A stretch of 64,000 nt of DNA from Vicugna vicugna (taxonomy: Eukaryota): the NCBI GenBank assembly GCA_013265495.1, contig MU057989.1, positions 1,629,513 through 1,693,512 of the forward strand, written 5' to 3'. The notes beneath the pieces are model-generated. The model searched no databases, was not told the DNA's origin, and was given only the letters and a program-made list of their open reading frames with translations. Positions 1 to 12,869 of this stretch are shown one piece after another. Position 1 is the stretch's first letter. Each line of letters opens with the position of its first letter. The position numbers and the translations under genes were made by a program.

Positions 1-89
1 CTCACCTGCCTGATCTTGCTGGTGTCTGAACTTGCAAGTCCTGATCTGATGCCTAGCGTTTCATCATGGCCTCATCACCCAACTGTCTG

Positions 90-1000
90 TGCCAGCCATC
101 TGGCTTCTAACGCTCTGATCCTCCTCTAACAACCTTCCCCCGTGTTTTGACAGACTAACCCTTCCATCTCAAATTTTCTTCCCTTGGCTTCTAAGACACA
201 AATCTTTTCAGGAAGAGGGTGAGAGGTATGTTGTTCCTGCTTTACTTTACTTTCCTGGCTCTGCCCAACCCTGAGCTATGGCATTCTCTCTGCAAAGCCA
301 CCTCCTGCCCTTTACTCTTCTCTCTTCTTGCTTTCCTGAAAGACAAAGCTCATCGGGTCTCATGGATCCAACATCCTCTCCAAATATTCACCCCTACATC
401 CACATTTCCATCCCAATGTTACTGGAGGTCTCCCTGGCAGTCTAGACATCACTCCAAATGCATCACACTCGAAACAGAACTGGTCCTCTCATCCTGTAAG
501 CCAGCTCCTCTCCTTACGCATCTGTGCGGAAGAAAGGTAGCACCATTTCCCCAGGGACAAACTTCTCATTCATCTCCCGTATGTAACCAGTTACCAAATC
601 TTATAAACTCTTCCTCTGAAGTGCCTCTCACACGGTTTCTTTAAATTTCTGCTACCACCCGCCAAGGACAGCTCCTTATGAATGCTCACTGAGGTTACCC
701 TCCTCATTGGCTCTAAGCCTCTCTTCTCTGCCCTCCATGATTCCAAACACACAGCTTGGCACACACACTGCCACCTCCACATCCAGCTCAAATCCCTGCA
801 TGGCCCCCTATCAACTCCATGATGGTATAACACTGCTTAAATAGACCTCAAGGCTCTTCACCATCTAGTGACAACCTACTTTTCTCTGCCCGCTCTCCCT
901 CCTGTCCTCTCCCAGGATGAGACTGCGCACACCAACGTTAAGCCCACGTGGGCTGTGCCCTTTGTCTGTGGAATGCCTTCCCTCCTTCCTTGCTCAGTGC
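90..1000 (+). mobile_element. L2 LINE relic
   Basis: C/T-rich degraded sequence with L2-like motifs. Confidence 0.5.
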
Positions 1001-1249
1001 CGGCCCTTGCAATGCTGGCTCACGTGGACCCTTCTGCCCTGACCATCTGGCCGAATGCCCGAGCCTCGCGTTCCTGCTTCACGCCCGTGTGTCCAGGCCA
1101 TACCCCTCCCCCGGTCTGCAGAATTCTCTAGGGCAGCGCTCAGCACAGGCCTTGAATCTACTCAGTGAGCTGAGGTGTATCGCAGAGCTCAGCTCTGCCG
1201 TATACAAAGGAAAGTCACTAGTCCCAGAAGCTACAGAGATAAAACAAAC

Positions 1250-1492
1250 CTTCTCATCCTTTGGGGGCCGACCCCGCTTCCGGGGACTTTGCTCCTGGGC
1301 TCTTTTTAGAGGGGACTTGGAGCCTCTCTCTGAGGAGCCTGAAGACACCCGCTTCTTTCCTTCTCCCACGTTCTTCTTCACCTTCCCTTCAGACAGGCTA
1401 AGCTTGCGCTTCTCATCACCTGAGCTCGGCCTACTTCTCTCCTCACTGGAATTACGCCGATTCTTGTCATCAGCAGAATTGTGGGAAGATGT
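1250..1492 (-). CDS. GLYR1: GLYR1 exon 5 with AT-hook (PRKRGRPPK); gene continues beyond window start
   Basis: 243 nt within ORF 1079..1528; ttcag acceptor, gtttg donor. Confidence 0.95.
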
Positions 1493-1504
1493 CTGAAAGT
1501 TTAA

Positions 1505-1765
1505 CAATAATAATGATAACCACCACAACAGCTGCCACCGTGACTACCGCTATTTACAGGAGCCACGCCCTGTGAGAAGTGCTTTACATGCATTATCCAC
1601 ACGACAACCCTAGGAAGTAGGCGCTGCTGTCACCTCACTTACATTTGGGGAAGCGGATTTAAAAAAAAAGAAAAAAATCAAATCACTCGCCCACAGTCCC
1701 AAAGCTGGATTTACACCCAGGCGGTGGGTCTGTCCCAGAGCCTGTGCTCCTGATCTCCATGCTGT
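1505..1765. mobile_element. MIR SINE
   Basis: MIR core-like GTGCTTTACATGCATTAT...ACAACCCTAGGAAGTAGG. Confidence 0.6.
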
Positions 1766-2044
1766 AAAAGGGAGAGGGCCTGTGCCGTACTCAAAAGCTA
1801 AGATACTTCTCCTGGGTCCAAGCGACTTTCCTAAGAGCAACAATTTATTCCATAAAGGTCAGCCACATGCATGGAGTTTCAAGTTGATTAGCAAAACGCT
1901 GATATCTTAGAACTGAAGTAGCTCTCTCTCCACTGGCACGTGGTAAGAATAGTTTCCGGTTCGGGCGACATTTAATCCATTAGTTACTATGCAAAAATAA
2001 CCGGGCTGGAGTCGGCATGAGGTGAGAACCACGGGGTCTCTTAC

Positions 2045-2183
2045 CTGGTCTTTCCCTTTGGCTCTTCTGAGGAACTCTTCTACGGCGTCCACAGCTTGCT
2101 GGAATCGCTTCCCCTTGTTAATCTTTATCATTTCCTCCTTATGCGCATGATACGGCTTTAGCTGTTCCACTTTGATCCAGGCA
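2045..2183 (-). CDS. GLYR1: GLYR1 exon 4 ([11 protein letters not shown]...AKGKDQ)
   Basis: 139 nt within ORF 1907..2317; ccag acceptor, gtaag donor; exons 1-4 total 294 nt. Confidence 0.96.
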
Positions 2184-5100
2184 CTGGCAGAAAACACACA
2201 GAGAGAGGATATGTCCACACTGCCTGCGCCAAAAAGTATCAAAGACCTCACCCCCGCAGAATGCAAACACCCATTTGGCTTCACTGAACTTTGAAACAGG
2301 CCTCCCATTTTTCTCAAAACATGCTACTGACCACCCTAAACTCTTGAACCTAAAGTATGTTTTCCTGAAACAAGTCAAGACAACCACCACCAAAACCAGC
2401 AACGTCCCAATAAGATCACTGCGTTGCAGGTTATTTCCGCTCTCATCCACCAGCCTCCCACGCTGGGCCACACGCCCCCTTCCACTTGCTCAGGGCAGAG
2501 GGAACCTGCAGGTGCGCTCCCACTCTCACCACACAGCACACCTGCCCCATGTGGATCCCCGGGGATCGGTCAGGGCACCTGGAAGCACAGCAACCACAGC
2601 AGCATCGCTGCCCGCCTGCAGCCCGAGCCTGACTGACACCCTGTCCATCACTAAGAGTCTGCGATGCTACCAGGGCTGAGGGCAGCAACACTGTAAATCC
2701 TGCTGCTCTTAACAGACATCTGCGGCCTCGGAGCCTACATTTGTTCATAAATGACTGTATCCATGGCTACTGAACCACACAGAACATGTGACACGTGGTT
2801 TGGAACAAGGGCAGCAGCCACTAAAGGAGGTTTTTAAAAATAAGCTTCTGCTTGTGATTGAAGATAGAGGAACACACTCTTCCAATTTTTAATTCTGACC
2901 ATCAATGCATAACACACGAAACTTTAAAAAAAAGCCATCAGCTGTCAATTCTGGGATATCTAGCCTCCCATACTAACCTGCACAGATCTGCCCCTGTTGG
3001 CTTCTGTGGTCTCCCTAAACGACATTTAGTTTCCAGAACACCAGCATAAAGGGGAGAATTTTACTGGCTTGGCAAGGTAACAGTTAATTTACAAGTTTTA
3101 GTCTGTAATACTCAGAGGTTTCACAGCATAACCTTCAGGAAAAGTGGGTCAGGTCAAGGATATAGAAATTAGCTATCACACTAACTTAGAGTTTCTTCTT
3201 TTAGACAAAGATGGAGAATATTCACTAATAATAGTAAAAGAGCTAACTTTTGTGCATAAGAAAATAGCGCTACAGACCCAGCAACATTCACCTGTGGTTC
3301 AACTGGTGTGCTAATGTTTGTGACGATAGGTCTGTACAAACACAACCTCTGGAACCATCAGTCTGCAAATGTGACTGCACACCAGGACTAGGCATGCTAC
3401 CCCTAGGTAAACAGCACCGGAGAGAACGAAGCAACGAACAGGGACTCAGATGCTGGTCTCACTGCACAGAGCTCCAGTGAGATGAGGTAAGCAAGTTCTT
3501 CTAGTGACCAACTCATCTTAAAGTCTGAAATTTGACACAATAGACCCAATGGGTCCAGTCTACAGGGAGGAAAAATGGAATTAAATTCTCACCCCAGGTT
3601 ATGTAGCAAGTGCATTTACAGTATTTCTAAGGAAAAACCACAAGAGCATCAGATAAAATGCCAGACATGCCCTGAAAATAAGTCAAACTTTCAGATTAAC
3701 TGGCAGCTCCGAGGTGACGCAGTATCAGTGATGAAGCTGAAAGACCCACAGCCCTTAGGAAAGGCCTCTTCCGTCTCTGAGCTTCAGGTCTGAAGCTGAG
3801 GCCTGCACAAGATCCCAGAACAAGACAGACAGGGTGGTTTTTATGGAGCCCCTTGAGATGGGACGAGAGACTAAGAACCCTGATCCCTGCCTCCCTCTTC
3901 CTCACCCCCTCACACTGGCCTGATTCAGAGTCAGTGGAAAGGTGAGGACATCTGTGGATGAAGCACCAATAAACCCATGCCTATCTTTTCACTGAAGGAT
4001 TTTAAGTGGATTACTAACTTCTGCCCAGAGAACAGTAGTCAAAACTCATTCACCCCAAAGACTGGCATTTCAGATGCGAAAATGAAATTTTCTTCTCTTA
4101 CGACCACCTTTGAAGAGTGAAAATAGTTTGCTAAAAGAACTGATGGTATAAACAGGACTTCAAGAATATAAATGCAAGAAATGTTAATCTACTTAAGAAA
4201 TCAACCTATTGTTGGAGAAACATCCTATCACATCAGAAAAACAATAAATAAACAGCAAGCCCACCAGAGCCCTAGGAGAATGACCTCTTGAAAGCAAGAC
4301 AAACTGAAATCCACTTTGACCATCTCAATAATTTCTTCTCCTAAGATTATACTGCAAAACCCTCTATCCTTACAAATGGTATGCTTTTCGGCTGGAGCTT
4401 CAATAATGTCCCATTCCCCATCCACTCAGGCCCATCAGCTGGGCCTGGCATGAGACTGGTGCTCAATAAGTAATCACTGAGTAAACGACACCTTCCAGGC
4501 ACCTTCGGGCAGGGCAGGGCGGGGATGAGGGCTGGATTGCCCAACTCTGGGTTAAACATTGTATAGCTGTAGTGGCTTTTTGTGGTTATTGCTGTTGTTC
4601 GTATGTCTTTTTAAAGTGACTGTTCTGTTTCTTTCCTTGATATAAGCTGTAACTTGTGACGTCCCTCTTAACGTGCTCCCAATGCCTAGATGGAGCTGTA
4701 CTTTTTCCAACCAACTTGCCATGGGCTGCGAAGACAGAAAAATCAGGCTTAGTCAAGTTATGTCTAATGAACACGGCTTTGTTTCTATACACAAGGAAGT
4801 AAATTACACACTGTAGAAGTGAACGACTGAAAATAAGCTAACTGGCAATCAGTGAGCTCACTATAAAAAATGAAATGGAAGGTCCCTTAATATATGTGGC
4901 TAAGTGGGAAACAGCAAGATACAGAGCAGTGTGTATAGTACACTAGCACCCGTGTAAAGATGAGGGAGAGGAACACCCGACTTCCTGGTTATGCACAGAG
5001 CATCTCTGGAAGGACACGCCACGAGAAGCCAGTATAACTGGATGCCTGTGGGCCAGGAATGGGTCGCTGAGGGATGAGGATGAAGGGAGCTGTTTCAACG

Positions 5101-8100
5101 GTTTACAGCTTGATTGAGGGGGAACCATAAACATTAATTAGTTTTTAAAACAACAAATCAACAATCAAGGCCTCTGCTGTTGCACATGGGCTACTCTGAC
5201 TGCCCAGAGGTTGTCCCCCATGACTTCCTTGTGTAGGTTTGCTAAGGTGGATGGCTACTGCCTGGCTGCCGGTGTAACTGCACCTGTAACTTGGCCAAGA
5301 GCAGCAAACCTACCCAGGTATTCTGACACATCTCCTACCAGTGCTTCTCATTTGCAAATATAAAACTCCCACTAAGCCACCTTCAGATTATGCACTCAGA
5401 ATGAATTTAGAGACTTCACGTTTTCAAACACTTCCATAACTCTGACTTGCTTTCCCCTGAAATTAAAGTCAGACCATGTAGATGTCATATTCATAGACGT
5501 GAACAATCTCAAACACCCTTATATATGTGTCTTAGACTTCGCACAGACACAATGACCTGGGCAGGAGGGAGAACACAAGCGAAGCCCACAGGTGAGAACG
5601 AGGACTGGGTCAGGAGACGTGCGTCTCCACCTGGATTTGGTGAGTAGTACTAGTAAGTAATTTGTTTGTCTCCTCCACCCTTAAACCAATGAAAGAAGCT
5701 GGGGATTACTGAGGTGTTACAGGTCCAAGTCTCAGCTGTTCAGAAATCAAGACACAACAAAAATGCAAATCAAAAACCAAAACCACCAAAAAAGCCACAA
5801 AACAAATAACTAAGCATTTCTCAGTTAATTTTAAGCAATCATTAGAATACGGAAATCAACAAAGACTTGCAAATAAGACAGACTTAGAAACTTTTTGTTT
5901 CCAAAACTTGAAAACATTCCCAAATGCTGGATAAGCTCTCAAGCCGTACTGCCAGCGCCAGTGTGGCCGGTCACTGCTTTTCATGCCAGTTTCTATGACT
6001 CCTGTGCACGACACCTGCTCGTGGAGCCCACAGCCACAGTTACAAAGGGCGTCTCCTGCCGCTGGCGCTGGGCTGCAGCGCTGACTAGGACAGCTGCTGT
6101 CCCGCCCTGGCAGAGGGGCACCGCTGGCTCAGTCCAAGTGCTGGAGCAGTGGCCCTCACTCTCCGCTTCAACTCTCCAACCATTACACAGTATTGGATGC
6201 AGGGAAAGTGGGTCAACCAAGTGCCAGGTGAAAAGAAAAAGGGACACTCAGATGGTTCCAATCTACTATGCTTCTAATTATGAGACACAGATTTTTCTAG
6301 AAGTTACTTTGGTACTCAGACACCTCACGACCAGCCTGTGCAACTCTGTACTTGGCTTGATGTAACAAGTACCCCCAGCTGGGACCCTGAACATCTTATC
6401 ACTTAAATCCTTAAGTTTCCTGCCTCCCAGTTTCTACATCTGTTGAAAAGAACCAGAACGACCACCCTGTTTCCTGAAAGAGCTGTTGTGAGGATCCGGT
6501 GTGAAGACTGCTACAGTAACTCTACAGCAGTTACGTGGGATTTACCCATTGTTTACTCACAGTTTTCTTTGAACTGGTGTTTCTGGTGGTTTTTGAGCAC
6601 CTGCAAACTAAATGAACTCCTTCCATTCTGCCATCCACAGCCACAGATGAAACTGGTAAACCCTGAGCTCAATGTCTACTCTGATGGGCAGCCACCTGTC
6701 CAAGGTGGGCCCTCACATGCCTGGGACTTAATCCTTGGTTGTGGTCGCATGGTGGATTTGGCAAAGTTACACGGAAGTTATTTTCACCTCTGTATTTCCA
6801 CAAAATAGAAAATGACTGTGGGCAACTTCATGTAGCCACCCAGGCTCAGAGAGCTAAACCTAGCCATCTTACTAAGACCTTCCCCTCAGGGGGCCTGACT
6901 GGGAAGGTCTAGTCCTCTTCTTGTGAGGAAGAGCCAAGTCAGGAACGAACTACGTTGCCACCCTGGTGACATCACCCTGGTCCTCTCTTCCTAACAGTGG
7001 AAGGTCAACATAATTTGCTACATGTTCTGGAAGAGGAGGAGAGAGAGAAAAATCAGGTTTCTAAAAGACTGAAATCACTGTTTATCTTAAGGAGCTAGCT
7101 TTTTTACTCTTTAATAAAGGTCCTTGCTTAAAAAAAAAATCACATCTACTTTTATTTTTCCATAAGTAGCATGTTGGTTTTGAAACTGAACATCCCTGAT
7201 TGAATCCTATGTTCCTCAGGAACAGACGAACAGCCTCACTGGGTCAGAACATGTCCACTGAGGTCAAGGCCCAGTGACCAGTGAAGCCTCTACCCCAGGA
7301 CATGCCAAGAGCACATGCCTCCCTGCCATCACGCCTCTTCTGTAGCCACTTACGGCTTTGCCCTTCACAAAGTAGTTTTCATCCCTAAAAAGTCTACTTG
7401 CATTTCCTGCCTAAACCACCTCTTAACTGTGCCTCATAGAGTGATCCTTGTATATGTCCTAAACACAGTCCCACAACATTTATTCTGCTCACAGTGCCCC
7501 TTGTCAAAACATCTGAGGACTTATGAACAAGTCAGTGTTTATCTCCTGAAGGCCACTTATTATTTCATCACTTCTGACCGTCTTTGCTTTTTCACACTGA
7601 AGAGCCCTACTCTTCCATCTGACTCAGTCCCCCCTTTTCCAATCCTGATTGCTTCCATCAGATCTCGTTGGAAGCATAGACTAGACAGCACATAGTACCC
7701 CTGATGAGGCGTGGCGTTTTTACAGAAAGGTGGAACAATGTAAAAATAAGAAAACAAAAAATATTAATAAAAAACAAACCAAACCAAACAAACAAAAAAA
7801 GGGTGGAACGATGTTTGGTTTTGTGTTCAAAGCTTTTATGGTCAAAAGAGCAGAACTAGCTGACATCCTTAAGAATTTTCAACTCTCAGATGCCTTTCTT
7901 TTCAAACAGTCCCACCATGGGAACCCCACCCCACCATGGGCAAGGTCGGTCTGTCTCTCTGTCTGTCTGTCTCTCACTCACATTTTCCTCTCTTAAAGCC
8001 ACCTGCTTCTTATCAGATTTCTTCCTTTTGTAACAGATCTATGCCCTGACCTGATGTTGAACACCTGCTCTATGCCAATCAACACCATGAATAAGTGATG

Positions 8101-8305
8101 CTACTTCCTCATAACTATGACGTAGGGAGAGTTATCCCCAAATGCAGATAAGGACACAGAGGCTTAGAAAGGTGAAATTGGTTATCTGAATGCACATTAG
8201 TCCGGTAACAAATCCAAAGCTCTTTCCCCTGTGTAACTGGCTCCTACTGAATAATCTAGAGTTTACCTTCAGATAATATAAAGATTCTAAATAAAATATG
8301 CCTTA

Positions 8306-8495
8306 TAGAACAGATAAACAACAGTTTCTATTGTATTGTACAGGGAACTATACTGAGTATCTTGTAGTAACCTATAATGAAAAAGAATATGAAAAAGGAT
8401 ATATGTATGGATATATGCATACATGACTGAAACATGATGCTGTACACCAGAAACTGACACACTGTAAACTGACTATACTTCAATTTAAAAAAAAA
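8306..8495 (+). mobile_element. L1 3' tail fragment
   Basis: Closely similar to 32565-32750; ends CTATACTTCAATTTAAAAAAAAA. Confidence 0.85.
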
Positions 8496-10472
8496 TTATA
8501 CCTGCCTTAACACTGATAACTAAGAATCCTTCTCCCTTTAGAGAAGTGCTGTAGATCTTTGTTGCCTTTCACTAAGGCAACTGCTTAGCCACAAAAAGAT
8601 AACATGTTGTTAGTCCCCTGGCAACTTATGGCTTTTTATGTGGAACTCTATCAAAGAGATTTAAAGGCTGAAGACATTGTATCTAGCAGTTACTGTGGAT
8701 CCACTTGCTTATGGCTCTCCCCAAAGAACTTTAGTTAGACATCACACCATCACCACCAGGTTACTTTTGCTTCCAGTAAGTGTATCCTTTTCACTGGCTT
8801 CACGGGTTTGCCTGGTTGAGTGCTGAGATTCACTCAGCTCCAATTTTCTGTGTCCTATCTAGTACTTCTCATATACAGGGAACATAGTTTACTCTTCTAA
8901 CCTTCCAGCATCTTAAAAAATTATCATAAAAATGCAAAAGCTTTCAGGCCTCCTGCAATCTAATTAATTCCCTACTTTCTATGAGTTCCCATTGGTGTTT
9001 CAGACTTGTGTACTTCTTCATCTAGGTAACCTAGCTGGGCCAGCCACGTTGGCTCTGTTCTCCCCAAGCACAAGCTCTTTACCTCAGGTACGGAGGCTCT
9101 CTCCTTCCACACATCCAACTAAACTCCCAGTGCTTTCCAGTCTCCCCACTGGCCATTCACCTTCTGTCTTTCCTCCAGAGTTTGATCCAAACCCTGTCTC
9201 TCCCACCAGCCTCTCTACCCTGGATATTCTCCATCGATGTCTCCTTGTTCTAGGTCCCTTTAGTAACTACATGCACCGCTTATTCTGCACCTAATCCCAC
9301 TTGAAATGTTCATACTTGTCACCAGAGTTCCTGGAAGACAGGGACCATATTTGCTCTCCTGGAAGTTCCCTCTGCTGTCCAGCAAAGTGGAGTGTGGCTG
9401 CACAATCAAGAACTTGTTCTGTGCATCCAACCTGTCTTGTGAAATCCATGGCACTATCAGAACATTCCCTCTTCCAGACTGTCTCTGGCTCTCACAGCTC
9501 TGGGCCAGTGACTCCCTTGAAATACAGCCATCAAAAGGCTGCTGAGCTGGTATGTAACAGAGAACTGGGGCTAGGTACATCGGTATATGTGTATGGTGAA
9601 GGCAGACGTGCCATGTCACCTCTAAGCCAGGATGAGCACTCTGACAGGTAAACCTGCCAGTGAAGAATACTGTTTGTAAGAGATCTTCCTATAGAATATT
9701 TTACATCACTTTCTAGAAACATGTATTTCAACTATCGGTATTAGGTTTATCAGAAAAGTCAGACACTTTTCAAAGCCAAAGCTACAGTTTCTAAGAATCA
9801 TAAACAGAAACACAACTACTTTAAGAAAGCAAACCATCTATCTAGACCCAGGTAATCAACTTGCTGGAGTGATGAGAAAGCTAAACACACCACTGGAAAC
9901 TCAAGTAAATTCACACTCCTTCCCTCACTGTGACTTCGTACATGGCCTATCAAAGAATATCAAATTAATAGTCCTGATTTCAATCCAGGATGGATCTGGT
10001 TAAAAAGCTTTACTGTTACAATGTTAGGTCAAGTCATCTAGCTTTACAAGAGTAAGATTACACAATGACTTTTATTAAGATGAATGAAATTGTAGCTTTC
10101 TCTCTATAATTCATGCCTAAGCCAACGATAAAGAACCATTAAAAGAACCAAACCTGACCCTTATAAAAATAACTGCCTGTAGAGTTGGGTAGAGATGTGA
10201 GAAACTACCTCGATGAGATTATCATATTTAGAAGGCGGTGAGCCCTAGTTCCCACCTGACTAGCACTGTTATTGGCCCCAGGACAGCTGCACAGGACAAT
10301 CTGTGGGAGATAAGAATAGCTCCTTTTATTTAGATATGAAGCCAGAATGACATGCCATTCTTACAGACTACAATAAGACTGAACCAGGATCCCTAGAATA
10401 TTCACAAAGCAGTTGCACCCAGGGCAACACCCCAACAAAGGGACAGTGAAACTCTTGGTGAGCACTACTCAC

Positions 10473-10552
10473 TGATCTTCTGTTCCAAAAAACTTTACAA
10501 AGAAGCATTTCTTTCCACGCGGCTTCTTTAAGTCCTTGGGTGGGTTAACAAT
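10473..10552 (-). CDS. GLYR1: GLYR1 exon 3 ([27 protein letters not shown])
   Basis: 80 nt, AG/GT boundaries, translation continues the PWWP domain. Confidence 0.96.
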
Positions 10553-11493
10553 CTAGGGAATAAAAGGGAAAGAAAGGTTTTTTCCCATAGCTGTAAGTTG
10601 GTAAGAAAAAAAGAAATAAAACAAAAGGAGCGTATCTTAAATAACAAAAGAAAACCAAACCCAGGGCCTAGTTTATGTCCAAATCTGGTACTTTTCCACC
10701 GAGATAATGCAATACATGTATGCTAATATTCTAGAAGAGCCCTACATCTATCATCCACGACAATATTTAGTGGGAACAATATTCCTTTTACAAGAATGAC
10801 CATATTTTAAAAAGTTAAAACTAAAACCAACTTCATTATCCCCTGCAACATGGCCCTGTCATCACTAAAGAAATGTAGGGGACACTCTTAAAAATATTCC
10901 TGGGCAGGAAGAGTCGAAACAGGTAACAGTGACAAAGAACAACAACTGAGGCACTGAAAATGCCATATTGCAAAGAGACAGTCTAAAGGCATTTCCTGGG
11001 CTCCTAGCAAGAATATAAAAACAGAACATTTGGAAAGCTATGAGGGATTGCCTCATGCAAAATGTGGAATGCCAACTTCTGCAAAGATGTACTGGAGCAG
11101 CACATATGGTAAAATGGAAAGAAGATTTAAACTTAGTTGGGACAAAAATACTTTGACTTTTCACTAACCTACATTTAGATTTCTTCCTGGAAAATGTATT
11201 TTCTTCTCTTCCATTAGATTTAGATGCAAAGCTAAATTCACGTTAGAATGGATTTTAAGGGTCAAAAGACTACCACAAGCCATTTCTGATTCAAAAAATA
11301 ATTTACTGCAGATTAAGTGACCTGGTTTATATTGCATTTTCTAAATAAACTGATATGAGAGAAAAAACATTCTGAGTGTTATCTGAAAAGGCCCAGTTTA
11401 ACTCAATGCTAAAAATTGAGAGGATTGCATCTTACATGCTCTGCCTCCTCAAACCCAACTTCAGATGTCTTCCCTTAGTTGCAAGACACTCAC

Positions 11494-11530
11494 CTTTCCC
11501 GGCCAAGGAGGATACCGGCCGAGTTTCCCC
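11494..11530 (-). CDS. GLYR1: GLYR1 exon 2 (GKLGRYPPWPGK), PWWP motif
   Basis: 37 nt, ctag acceptor and gtgagt donor, phase-compatible with exon 1. Confidence 0.96.
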
Positions 11531-12584
11531 CTAGAGAAAACACAAACAGTCAGCATTTGCCCTGGAAAAGCCAGTCCATCTCCTTCAACCCACTCAACAT
11601 GCAATTTATTTTCCTAAATCTCCACTTGCACCCTCAAGTGCCAGAACAAAAGCTGGCAACCAGCAGTTCTTAATGTGGCTTCCACAGCTGGACCCAAGAG
11701 GCTGAAACCCTTCAGAAATAAAAGGCAAAATTGTAGACTTATGTGCGTAAGGTATCTGCATTCTTCTGGTGACAAGGAATACAGAAAAAGAAAAAACCAT
11801 CAAGAGTCGTTTGTCCAGAGCGTCCTCGTGACAAGACGGGGGTGGGGGGCAGTCTGCTCTGTAAACACAGACTTCCCCTTACAAAGTCTGGTTTAATTCA
11901 CCAGCCCGGCTTTGACAAATGCTAATGGAAGCCTTTCCTCTGGGTCGAGAAATGAGCTACGCAGCTCCAGGGAGGCGACGACAGTCAGTCTTGGTTCGGG
12001 CGGTTGTCTGGGACACAGAAACAGACCACGAGAGGCACCAAGGAGGCACCGGTCACTGCTCAGCCTTCAGTAGTAAAGGAGAAGTCCCCCCTCCATTTCT
12101 TCACAGGGCAGCGCCAACAGTCCGGTTTCGACAGCCCCAAACAAGCCGCCCGCACAGGTCGCTTCCACTGCAACGCCGGTTTCGATGGGCTTGCCCGGAC
12201 GAGATGGTCCCGCGGGCTCCCAGGCTCTCATGCTTTCCTGGGAGCCCCAGTGAGACCCCGAGGCGAGGACCGGGCGTCCGCGGGAGCCGCGCGGCGCGGG
12301 ACACTGCTCTCACAGTGGCCGCTGGCGTCCGGGGCCGGAGCGCAGCCCTCCCCGGGCGGCCTCGGGACTCAGAGCCGGGCCCGCCGCGGCCACCCTCGGC
12401 CTCAGTCCCCCGGGGCCAGGCTGCCCCTTCCGCCCGGCGTCGTTTCCAGCGCCGGCACCTCGTCTCGCCCTCTATCTGCGACCTGGAGCGCATAGAAAGG
12501 CAACCCCGGGGCGGGCCGCGAACCCTACGCCCAGGGAGGCAGCTCTTCGGCGCACCTCGTTCGGCCCCAGCCGCCCGGACTCAC

Positions 12585-12622
12585 CACACCAAATCGCCGA
12601 GCCGCAGACTCACAGTCGCCAT
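12585..12622 (-). CDS. GLYR1: GLYR1 coding exon 1 (MATVSLRLGDLVW), start of PWWP domain
   Basis: ATG at 12622-12620; 38 nt then GTGAGT donor; matches the GLYR1/NPAC N-terminus. Confidence 0.96.
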
Positions 12623-12869
12623 CTTACCACCCAACCACCGCCGACGCACGGGCCGCCGGGAACATCAGGTCGCCGCGGCGCCGCCCATTGGAGTGCGCCC
12701 GGCCACGTGACGGGGGCCGGCCGAAACCAGCCACGCCGTCGCCCTGACGTCACTGCGCCCGCCCGGGCTCATTGGCTGACCGAGCGGCACGTGACCTGGG
12801 CGCCGCGGTCTCCGCGCGCCGGGGCCCTGAGACTCCCGGCTCCTTCCCCCTCCCTCCGGCTCGCGACAA

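Noticed and set aside
9654..9688. 35-nt AG...GT segment in GLYR1 intron 3 (minus strand)
   Set aside because: Poor polypyrimidine tract and weak donor; likely chance
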